Shown in pieces: positions 38,168 to 45,966 of a stretch of 64,000 nucleotides of DNA (positions are counted from its first letter, which is position 1; each line of letters starts with the position of its first letter). Source of the DNA: an uncultured Flavobacterium sp. (GTDB lineage Bacteria > Bacteroidota > Bacteroidia > Flavobacteriales > Flavobacteriaceae); NCBI RefSeq assembly GCF_963975005.1, contig NZ_CAXBFR010000001.1:9594-73593 (forward strand). Reading direction: 5' to 3'. The translations under genes and the position numbers were made by a program. Below the pieces are notes generated by a model. It did no database searches and was not told the DNA's origin. It was given only the letters and a program-made list of their open reading frames with translations.

Positions 38168-38377
38168 TTTTAAATGTTTTTAAAATTAATAATTTTTTTG
38201 ATACAAAACTATTTCTGCAGATATTTTGTAAGGCAAATATGAAAAAAAAAAACGATTTATGCAAGAGTATGTTGTGTTAATTATCGTACAAAAATGCTTT
38301 TCATCTAATTTACGGTCTAACCGTAATTTTAAAAAGGTTTTGCCGTAATTATTTGTTAATTAATTATTTGTATTATG
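38084..38377 (-). repeat. copy A of the duplicated promoter + leader + signal-peptide module (copy B = about 39739-40030)
   Basis: Manual alignment. The approximately 290 bp is near-identical apart from scattered substitutions and an A11 versus A13 tract. Confidence 0.85.
38204..38211 (-). promoter_or_regulatory. -7 box TAGTTTTG of cassette 1 (small protein / GLPGLI / OMP operon)
   Basis: Minus-strand TAnnTTTG, 37 nt before the ATG at 38167. A TTTG lies 22 nt further upstream. Confidence 0.55.
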
Positions 38378-38402
38378 TAATTACGATTTGGTTTTAAAAT
38401 TA

Positions 38403-38663
38403 TTATTGAATCTTGGCTACTAAATTTAAAACTTTAATTTCATATTTAACGCTACTCTCTAAAACCAATTTAAACCTACCTAAATGATCTGCAATAGCAA
38501 ATTTTAGTCCAGCATTGTCTTGCAAAGGCTTTGCTATAACATTGGCTCTTTCTAATGATTTGTTAAGCGTGTCTGAAACTATGCCTGTTATTGTTCTTTC
38601 TTGGGAAAAGGCGAAAAGAGTGTATAGTAATAATAATAATAAATATTTTGTTTTCTTTTTCAA
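38403..38663 (-). pseudogene. 5' fragment (86 codons) of a paralogue of the 34471-37152 outer-membrane protein gene
   Basis: Encodes signal peptide plus QERTITGIVSDTLNKSLERANVIAKPLQDNAGLKFAIADHLGRFKLVLESSVKYEIKV, then diverges and stops. Nt 38428-38502 are identical to 36915-36989 by my alignment, and the rest is roughly 85-90% identical. Confidence 0.8.
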
Positions 38664-38758
38664 ATAATTATTTTTTTTACAAATAAAAATTTATGAATCT
38701 CTGGTAAAATTATAAGCTTTTCAATATTGACTTTTTATATTATAAAAGATAATAAAAA

Positions 38759-39490
38759 TCAATTTCTCACTTTTATTAAATCGTCTTTTAACAGTTTAAA
38801 TATCTCATCTTCTGTTTTAACCTTTAATTTTGGAATTTTATTTATTTTTTCATTTGAATTCAAAATTATACTTTCTAAAGCAAAAATCACTTTTCCATTT
38901 TTTTCGTAGCCTTCAAAAACAATGCCTGGTAGGCCATAAAATTCATCTGGCCCATAACTAAACGGAAAGTCTGGACAAAACCAAGCTTCTAAACCTATAG
39001 TAGTAACTTTATCTTTGATTTTTCCATCTTTTTTATCGAATTCTAAAGTTATCCTCTTAACAGAAGAGTTTGCTTTATAGCAATTAAAATTATTTATTAA
39101 TTTTGTTTCAGATGTAATTTTCCAATCAGTAATATTTTTACCGTCTTTTATTAAAAATTTTTCACCAAAAAAATCAAATTCTTTATAGCTTCTAATTAGT
39201 GTGTCTTTTTTTTGTAGGTATCTAGTATTTCCACCTCCGTATAATATTGCTCCTTTATCAAAACTATCTTTATAGACTTTTTCCATTGAGCTAAAAAGAC
39301 TAACAGTATCATTAAAAACTAATGTATATTGAGTTTGTTGAATCGAACTCAGTAAGTTTTTAACTCTATCGATTTTTATGTCTTCTGTTTTTTCAGTACT
39401 AATTTTTTTGTAAACAAATGTATTGGTTTCGCTTTTTTGCGCACAACAAATAAAAAAATTTAATAAAAATAAACTCAAGTATTTTTTCAT
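38759..39490 (-). CDS. GLPGLI family protein, divergent paralogue
   Basis: Signal peptide. Motif region CPDFPFSYGPDEFYGLPGIVFEG. Confidence 0.8.
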   Translation of the reverse strand: MKKYLSLFLLNFFICCAQKSETNTFVYKKISTEKTEDIKIDRVKNLLSSIQQTQYTLVFNDTVSLFSSMEKVYKDSFDKGAILYGGGNTRYLQKKDTLIRSYKEFDFFGEKFLIKDGKNITDWKITSETKLINNFNCYKANSSVKRITLEFDKKDGKIKDKVTTIGLEAWFCPDFPFSYGPDEFYGLPGIVFEGYEKNGKVIFALESIILNSNEKINKIPKLKVKTEDEIFKLLKDDLIKVRN

Positions 39491-39546
39491 ATCATATTTT
39501 ATAATTTAGCAGACTTAGAAAAAAATTTATAAGTCTGCTGTTAGCT

Positions 39547-39822
39547 TTAACCTATTAGAATTACTACGTTTCCAGTTGCTCCACCATTTGCATTACATAA
39601 GTTTTCATAATACATTACTGTTGAAACAAAATCAGTTAGTGTCATAGCACCAAACGCCTCAAGTTCAATTAGTGCGTTTTGATTTCCATAATCACGACAA
39701 TTACTATGCTCTGTTAATTTAAGTGTTTCAATTAATTCTAATTTATCTTCTCCACCAGTATTAGCAATACCAGCAAAGGAGAACGCAATAAGTGCTACTG
39801 CACTAAACATAAATTTTTTCAT
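39547..39822 (-). CDS. small secreted acidic two-cysteine protein (91 aa), paralogue of 37919-38167 with unrelated mature region
   Basis: MKKFMFSAVALIAFSFAGIANTGGEDKL leader nearly identical to the first copy, with an unrelated mature part containing 2 Cys. TACTTTTG -7 box upstream. Confidence 0.65.
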   Translation of the reverse strand: MKKFMFSAVALIAFSFAGIANTGGEDKLELIETLKLTEHSNCRDYGNQNALIELEAFGAMTLTDFVSTVMYYENLCNANGGATGNVVILIG

Positions 39823-40030
39823 AATTTGATTTTTAAAATTAATAAATTTTTTGTTACAAAAGTATTTCTCGAGATATTTTGTTAGGCAAATATGAAAAAA
39901 AAAAAAACGATTTATGCAAGAGCATGTTGTGTTAATTATCGTACAAAAATGCTTTTCATCTAATTTACGGTTTAACCGTAATTCTGAAAAGGTTTTGCTG
40001 TAAGTATTTGTAAATAAATGGTTTGTAAAT
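39739..40030 (-). repeat. copy B of the duplicated promoter + leader + signal-peptide module
   Basis: See copy A. Confidence 0.85.
39857..39864 (-). promoter_or_regulatory. -7 box TACTTTTG of cassette 2
   Basis: Same position within the duplicated upstream module, 35 nt before the ATG at 39822. Confidence 0.55.
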
Positions 40031-40090
40031 GAAAAAATGAAATCCTTTTTTGGAAGAATTTATTATAAAAAATTAAGTTCTTTTGTTAAA

Positions 40091-40804
40091 CTATTCTTTG
40101 TTTTCAAATCGATCTTCCATTATTTTTTTAATTTTATTGTTGTAATCTTCATCTGTGATTACTTCTCCTTTTGTAGGAAGTTTAATGGGTTCTTCAATTT
40201 TATGATCTAATATGATTTTTTCAACTCCAAAAACATTATTTCTAACTTGTAATTCTAAAATTAAACCTGGAAGTCCTCCATAGCCAACTGGTCCAAATGA
40301 ATAGGGTAATTGTGGACAATACCAAGCCACAACAGGATGCCTCAATTCACCTTTTGAATTGATTACAATATATTCGTTTGTGGCTTTATAGCATTCATAG
40401 CCATCTATTAATTTTGATTCGTTTAAAAATTTCCAATTCATATTTAAACTATCAATAATAAGGAATTCGTTTTTTTTAAATAAACCTTCTGTATTACTTC
40501 TGTAAACCTTGTAATTATAAATATATATGTCTTCTTTACAATTGCAAAAGGCAACAGCCATATTTCTATTATTTTCTTCAGCGCTCATGGTTTCTTGCAT
40601 TTTGAATCTAGCAATAGTGTCATTAAACTCTAAATTTAATTTAATATGTTTTGCTTGTTCAATGCCTTTTTTATATAAGTCACCAAGTGTTTTGTTTTCC
40701 ATAAATTTCTTGTCCTCTAAAAGTTTAAAATTATAAACTACTAGTTTGTCTTGTGAAAAACTATTTAAAGTAATAAAGATTAAAAAAATTATTTGTTTCA
40801 TCAT
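40091..40804 (-). CDS. GLPGLI family protein, third copy (solo)
   Basis: Signal peptide and CPQLPYSFGPVGYGGLPGLILELQ. Closest to the 37130-37864 copy. Confidence 0.8.
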   Translation of the reverse strand: MMKQIIFLIFITLNSFSQDKLVVYNFKLLEDKKFMENKTLGDLYKKGIEQAKHIKLNLEFNDTIARFKMQETMSAEENNRNMAVAFCNCKEDIYIYNYKVYRSNTEGLFKKNEFLIIDSLNMNWKFLNESKLIDGYECYKATNEYIVINSKGELRHPVVAWYCPQLPYSFGPVGYGGLPGLILELQVRNNVFGVEKIILDHKIEEPIKLPTKGEVITDEDYNNKIKKIMEDRFENKE

Positions 40805-40916
40805 TTAGTTTTATTTTAAACGTCAAAAATATGGGAATTAGTATTTAAATTTAAATAAAAAAAATCCTACATATGTAGAATTTTTAGATTTTGTAAGAAA
40901 TATTGCAAATGCATTA

Positions 40917-41297
40917 CTACGATTTCACTTTAGAAACTTTATATAAATCTCCACCAGCAACACCTTCAACGGTTTTTGTAAGTTTTTCTTGGTTTAATTT
41001 GTCAGCATCATAAGTTACTGTTGCTGTTTTTGTTTCAAAATCAACTTTTGCTTCTGTTACTCCGTCAACTTTGTTTAGTTTACTTTCAATTAAGCTAGCA
41101 CAACCAACTGCGCAAGTCATTCCTTCAATTTCGAAAGAAGCTGTTTTAGGGTTTGCAGCAATTGTTTTAGGGCTTTCTGTTGCAATAGTTTCTGTTTCTA
41201 CAACATTAGCTTCGGTTGATGTTTCTTTATCGTTTTTGCAACTAATTGTAGCTAAAGCCAAAGTTGCAACTAAAAGGGTTTGTTTTACTATTTTCAT
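40917..41297 (-). CDS. heavy-metal-associated (HMA) domain lipoprotein
   Basis: Lipobox (TISC) and the GMTCAVGC metal-binding motif in a ferredoxin-like HMA domain. Start set at MKIVKQ, because a TATCTTTG -7 box lies inside the longer track ORF. Confidence 0.8.
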   Translation of the reverse strand: MKIVKQTLLVATLALATISCKNDKETSTEANVVETETIATESPKTIAANPKTASFEIEGMTCAVGCASLIESKLNKVDGVTEAKVDFETKTATVTYDADKLNQEKLTKTVEGVAGGDLYKVSKVKS

Positions 41298-41319
41298 GAT
41301 AACTTTATAAGATGTTTTA

Positions 41320-41327
41320 CAAAGATA
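41320..41327 (-). promoter_or_regulatory. -7 box TATCTTTG upstream of the HMA lipoprotein gene
   Basis: Minus-strand TAnnTTTG, 23 nt before the ATG at 41297. Confidence 0.55.
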
Positions 41328-41435
41328 CAAATTCTGTTTTTTTTAAATGTTACAATTATCACAAACGAACTAATGTGTAATTTATATTAATATCAAAATA
41401 AAGTCGCATTTTTGCACTTTATAAATTTTAACTTA

Positions 41436-41453
41436 CTGAATTAAATTCAGCAT
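41436..41453. repeat. CTGAATTAAATTCAGCAT palindromic element upstream of the EamA gene
   Basis: Same arm sequence (CTGAA..TTCAGCAT) as the elements at 14.1 kb and 47.0 kb. Confidence 0.7.
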
Positions 41454-41457
41454 AAAC

Positions 41458-42324
41458 ATGGAAAACAATAAAAAATGGTATTTACTAGTCTTTCTGGGCT
41501 GTGTTTGGGGAAGTTCTTTTATTCTAATGAAATTAGGGTTAAAAGGTGTAAATCCTATTCAAATGGGAAGTTTAAGAATTTTATTTGCAGCTGCTTTTTT
41601 AATTGTAATTGGGTTTAAACATATTGCAAAAATCCCTTTACATAAGTGGAAATATATTGCTGTAACTTCTATGTTTGGTACTTTTCTGCCTGTTTACTTA
41701 TTTGCCGTTGCCTTGTCAAAAATTGATGGTTCAATCAGTTCGATTTTAAATTCACTAACACCATTGAATACTTTGATAGCTGGAATGTTATTTTTTCAAT
41801 TGGACGTTCAAAGAAGACAAATTTTTGGGGTAATTATTGGTTTTGTAGGTTGTGTTTTGTTGGTTTTATTTGGAGAAGGACAAAATAATACTGAAAATTA
41901 TTACTATGCTTTATTGATAGTTTTAGCTTCTATTTTTTATGGAATTAATGTCAATTTAATCAAAAAATATCTATCGGATTTAAAGCCTTTGACTATTAGT
42001 ACAGGAAACTTCGTTGTCCTTTTTGTTCCAGCTTTAGTTGTGCTTTACTTTTCTGGTTTTTTTGAAGTTGCTGACGAACCAAAAGTTATAACTTCATTAG
42101 GATACATAGCTATTTTAGGAGTTATAGGAACTGGGTTGTCTAATATTTTGTTTTTTAAATTAATACAAATTTCTTCACCGGTTTTTGCTTCATCGGTGAC
42201 TTATTTAATTCCCGTTGTAGCCATTATGTTGGGTTATTTTATTATGGATGAAACCTTAACTTTTGTCCAAGGAATTGGAGCGTTAGTAGTTTTGTTAGGA
42301 GTTTATTTTTCGAGTAGAAAATAA
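41458..42324 (+). CDS. EamA/DMT family transporter
   Basis: Ten TM segments in two EamA halves, 288 aa. Confidence 0.75.
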   Translation: MENNKKWYLLVFLGCVWGSSFILMKLGLKGVNPIQMGSLRILFAAAFLIVIGFKHIAKIPLHKWKYIAVTSMFGTFLPVYLFAVALSKIDGSISSILNSLTPLNTLIAGMLFFQLDVQRRQIFGVIIGFVGCVLLVLFGEGQNNTENYYYALLIVLASIFYGINVNLIKKYLSDLKPLTISTGNFVVLFVPALVVLYFSGFFEVADEPKVITSLGYIAILGVIGTGLSNILFFKLIQISSPVFASSVTYLIPVVAIMLGYFIMDETLTFVQGIGALVVLLGVYFSSRK

Positions 42325-42427
42325 AAATTGAAGTTTATCGATTGATTCTTTTTAAGTTTTAGAATCCATCTTATAAAAAAAGCCATTCTTTTTACGGAAT
42401 GGCTTTTGAATTTATGTTGAAGATTCT

Positions 42428-44470
42428 TTATTCAAAATCTTTAGCAGTAACACCTTCGTTGATTTTTACATCTTGAGTAACAAATTCTAATTCCATTCCA
42501 ACATTCATTACAACGTTATATGGGAATTTGATTCCTTTAACTTCTTTATAATCATTAAAGTTTGTTACTTGAGTCATAGTTTGACCACCTTGTTCTTGTT
42601 CAACTGATTCGGCAACTTTTAAGCCAGATTTTACATCATACATCATGGTTTTTTTACCAATTGTTAATGCATAAGCATCTGAGCCATTTATTGTTTCAAC
42701 ACCTTTTAAAACAACATCTTTATTGTTAGCTAATAAAAGTTCAGGAAAAGTATATGCCATTGCTTGCATTTCTTTTAATTTTTCTCCTTCAAAGTCTTTT
42801 CTTTGTCCTTGTTGATTTGCATAAGCTCCTTTTTCTGTAACAACCATTTTCATAACTGTCATCCCAGACATAGACATTTCTGAAGACATTTTGTTGTCAC
42901 TAGTAGTTTTAGCAGTAAGTTGTAATTCTTGTCCTTGTACAGTAGCTTTTGATATAATGACAGTAGATTTTACAGCTTTTAAAGCTTTCTCACCACCAAT
43001 GGCATTTATATAGTTTTCTAGCACTGTTTTTGCTGTAACTCCTTTAGGAATTTCTTTTTTGATAACAGGCTTGTCAACTTTATTTCCAAAACGATCAAAA
43101 TACATAACTGGAATTCCAGATTTTTCTAATCCTGGAACAACATCGGCCGCTTTTCCAACAACAACTATTCTTAAGTTGTCAGCTAAAAAGTATTTGTTTG
43201 CAGCAGCCTTAATGTCTTCTGCAGTCACAGCATTGATGTTTTTAATGTATTTTTCATAAAAATCATCTGGTAAGTTTTGAGTTTCTTTGTTTAGTGCATA
43301 AAAAGCAACCGTTTCAGGTTTTTCGATTTGCATTACAAAGTTTCCAACGTATTTAGCTTTTGCGTTTCTTAAATCTTCGTCAGAAACTAAATCCATTCTC
43401 ATTCTTTTAACTTCATTCAATATTTCTGCAATTGCACTATCAGTAACTGAATTTCTTACAGAAGCACCAGCTCTAAATTTTGAAGTGTATTTTCCTGATC
43501 CAATTGATGAATAAGAACCATATGTCCAACCATGTTTTTCACGTAAGTTTAAGAATAATCTTCCTTCTCCACCGCCACCAAGAATTTGGTTAGCTAAAAG
43601 AGCAGCATAATATTCTTTGTCAGTCATTTTTAAATTTGAAGTATTTATCACTGCAATTTCTGATTGAACTGCATTTGACATGTCTATAAAGTTAATTTGA
43701 CTATATTGTAAATCTGTAGGCTCTGTGAAAGTAAGTTGTGGAGCAGTTGCTTTTTTCCAGCCTTTAAACGCTTTTTCAACTTGTTTTTTGATGTCTTTTA
43801 ATTTCACATCACCAATAATTACTAAATAAGCATTTTCAGGAACAAAATTAGTATCATAGTTTAATTTTACATCTTCTAGAGAAACATTGTTTAAAGTTTC
43901 TTCGCTAACATATTCACCTCTAGGATGGTTTTTCCCATAAACTAAAATATTTTCAACCCTTCTTGCATTAGCTGTTACGTTTTTTTCATCAGACTTAAGG
44001 TTCTCAATCATTTTAGATTTTTCCTTGTCAAATTCTTCTTGCGAAAATTTAGGCTCTAAACTACCTTCTGCCATTAACTCGAGGATTCTTTCAGAATATT
44101 TAGATAGTCCGCTTGCTCTAGCGCCACTTGACGAAAAGTTAATGTTTGCTCCTAAAAAGTCAATTTCTTCATTAAAAGCTTCTTTAGAAGTTTTTTCTGT
44201 TTCATTTCCAATCATTGCACTCAACATATCGTCAACCCCTTTTTTGCTACCTTCAGCATAAGGAGTATTGTCTATTGTTAATGTGTAAGAAACTCTTGGT
44301 AATTTTGAGTTTTCAACTACTAAAACTTTTAACCCATTTTTAAGGTTAAAAGATTCAGGTTTTTTTATGTTTATACTTGGCGCTGGACCAGATTTTGGCA
44401 TCGGTCTATCTTGTGCTGTCAATGTTGTCATAAAGAACAAACTAGTTACTATATATAATAATTTTTTCAT
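42428..44470 (-). CDS. M16 (pitrilysin/insulinase) family peptidase-like protein, likely non-catalytic partner with extra C-terminal domain
   Basis: Signal peptide and M16 fold pattern, but I see no HxxEH. 680 aa. 11 nt downstream of a catalytic M16 gene. Confidence 0.7.
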   Translation of the reverse strand: MKKLLYIVTSLFFMTTLTAQDRPMPKSGPAPSINIKKPESFNLKNGLKVLVVENSKLPRVSYTLTIDNTPYAEGSKKGVDDMLSAMIGNETEKTSKEAFNEEIDFLGANINFSSSGARASGLSKYSERILELMAEGSLEPKFSQEEFDKEKSKMIENLKSDEKNVTANARRVENILVYGKNHPRGEYVSEETLNNVSLEDVKLNYDTNFVPENAYLVIIGDVKLKDIKKQVEKAFKGWKKATAPQLTFTEPTDLQYSQINFIDMSNAVQSEIAVINTSNLKMTDKEYYAALLANQILGGGGEGRLFLNLREKHGWTYGSYSSIGSGKYTSKFRAGASVRNSVTDSAIAEILNEVKRMRMDLVSDEDLRNAKAKYVGNFVMQIEKPETVAFYALNKETQNLPDDFYEKYIKNINAVTAEDIKAAANKYFLADNLRIVVVGKAADVVPGLEKSGIPVMYFDRFGNKVDKPVIKKEIPKGVTAKTVLENYINAIGGEKALKAVKSTVIISKATVQGQELQLTAKTTSDNKMSSEMSMSGMTVMKMVVTEKGAYANQQGQRKDFEGEKLKEMQAMAYTFPELLLANNKDVVLKGVETINGSDAYALTIGKKTMMYDVKSGLKVAESVEQEQGGQTMTQVTNFNDYKEVKGIKFPYNVVMNVGMELEFVTQDVKINEGVTAKDFE

Positions 44471-44481
44471 AATATGTGTTC

Positions 44482-45807
44482 TTATTTTTGAGTTTTATCA
44501 GTTGCAGGCATGTAGTTTAAAAGTAATCTTTGATTTGGATTCAAATATTTTTTAGCTACATCTCTAATTTCTTCTTTAGTGATTGATTTGTAAATATCCA
44601 ATTCGGTATTGATTAAGTTAACATCACCATATAGCATGTAATAAGTAGCTAAATTACTTGCAATCCCTTCGACACTAGTATTACTGTTTACGTATTGATT
44701 TTCAAAAATATTTCTCAATTTTTCTAAATCTTTGTCTGAGATTAAGTCCGTTTGAACTTTTACAATTTCTTCATCAATTTCTCTGTTGATGTCTTCTTGT
44801 GTAAATCCTTCCATAGGAATACCTAATAGAATGTACATGCTATGGTCTTCTTGGCTAAAGTTGAATGCTCCTATTTGAAGAGCCATTTTCCTGTCGTCAA
44901 CAATTTTTTTATAAAGAACAGAACTTTTTCCATCTGATAAGTAAGTAGATAGCATATCAAGAACTCTAGCTTCTCTAGTTTTCATTGATGGTGTTCTATA
45001 AGTTTGAATAAACATTGGTTTTTGAATGTTTGGATCTTCCCAAGTAGCATTAATTGTTTGTGTAATTGGAGCTTCTTCTACTTTGTTTCTGTTTATGGTT
45101 GCTCCTTTTGGAATTGAACCAAAGTATTTTTGAATCCATTCTTTAGCCTGTCCTTTGTCAAATTGACCAGCAACAACTAAAACAGCATTGTTTGGAATAT
45201 AGAATTTTTTATTAAATGCCTGAAACTCTTCTAAAGTTGCAGCGTCTAAATGTTCCATTTCTCCAATTGTTGTCCATTTATAAGGATGTGTTTTGAATAA
45301 GTTTTGTTTGACAGCTTTAATTAAATTTCCATAAGGTTGATTGTCAACTCTTAATCTTTTTTCTTCTTTTACTACTTCGTTTTGTGTATCAACGCCAATT
45401 TGGTTAATTACTGGATGCATTAATCTTTCTGATTCCATCCATAAAGCTAATTCTAAATTATTAGAAGGGAAAACCTCATAATAATAGGTTCTATCATCAG
45501 AAGTATTAGCATTGTTCTGACCACCATTTGCGGTTACAATTTTAAACCATTCTCCTCTTTCAATATTTTTAGTTCCTTCAAATAAAAGGTGTTCAAAAAA
45601 GTGAGCGAAACCTGTACGGTTAGGTTGTTCGTCTTTGGCACCTACATGATACATAACAGATGTAATTATTACAGGAGCAGAATTATCTTGATGTAGAATA
45701 ACATGTAAGCCATTGTCTAAATCAAATTCTTCAAAAACTACGTTTTGAGCGTTAGAAATGCTTCCTATCATAAGTATTGAGCTTAGCGCTATTAATGATT
45801 TTTTCAT
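44482..45807 (-). CDS. M16 family zinc peptidase
   Basis: Signal peptide and inverted zinc motif GFAHFFEHLLFEG (HxxEH), 441 aa. Confidence 0.85.
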   Translation of the reverse strand: MKKSLIALSSILMIGSISNAQNVVFEEFDLDNGLHVILHQDNSAPVIITSVMYHVGAKDEQPNRTGFAHFFEHLLFEGTKNIERGEWFKIVTANGGQNNANTSDDRTYYYEVFPSNNLELALWMESERLMHPVINQIGVDTQNEVVKEEKRLRVDNQPYGNLIKAVKQNLFKTHPYKWTTIGEMEHLDAATLEEFQAFNKKFYIPNNAVLVVAGQFDKGQAKEWIQKYFGSIPKGATINRNKVEEAPITQTINATWEDPNIQKPMFIQTYRTPSMKTREARVLDMLSTYLSDGKSSVLYKKIVDDRKMALQIGAFNFSQEDHSMYILLGIPMEGFTQEDINREIDEEIVKVQTDLISDKDLEKLRNIFENQYVNSNTSVEGIASNLATYYMLYGDVNLINTELDIYKSITKEEIRDVAKKYLNPNQRLLLNYMPATDKTQK

Positions 45808-45925
45808 AAAATGAAATTATTGTTTTTGTATAAGTTGCTAAATTCGTAAAAAAGTTACAATTTTTTATTAAAAAAGACTTAAAAAAATAACTCCACTAAA
45901 GTATTGTGTGTATAGTAATTAGTTG

Positions 45926-45933
45926 TATATTTG
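45926..45933 (+). promoter_or_regulatory. -7 box TATATTTG upstream of rplU-rpmA
   Basis: TAnnTTTG, 34 nt before the ATG at 45967. Confidence 0.6.
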
Positions 45934-45966
45934 CAACCTTAAAAAAATTAATTTAAACACATTGTT

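Noticed and set aside
38239-38280. Short + strand ORF (ATG AAA AAA AAA AAC GAT TTA TGC..) inside the conserved cassette upstream module.
   Set aside because: The A11 versus A13 tract puts the two copies in different frames, giving unrelated peptides. The conservation is therefore at the DNA level, not the coding level.
40865-40885. CTACATATGTAG palindrome with flanking A and T runs as a terminator for the HMA gene.
   Set aside because: Only about 4-5 bp of effective stem remain once a loop is allowed. That is too weak to call.
34389-40916. The cassette region as a mobile genetic element or defence island.
   Set aside because: There is no integrase, transposase, tRNA attachment site, flanking direct repeats, or nuclease, helicase or methylase genes. 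All products carry export signals, which points to an envelope or secreted function, not to an intracellular defence system.
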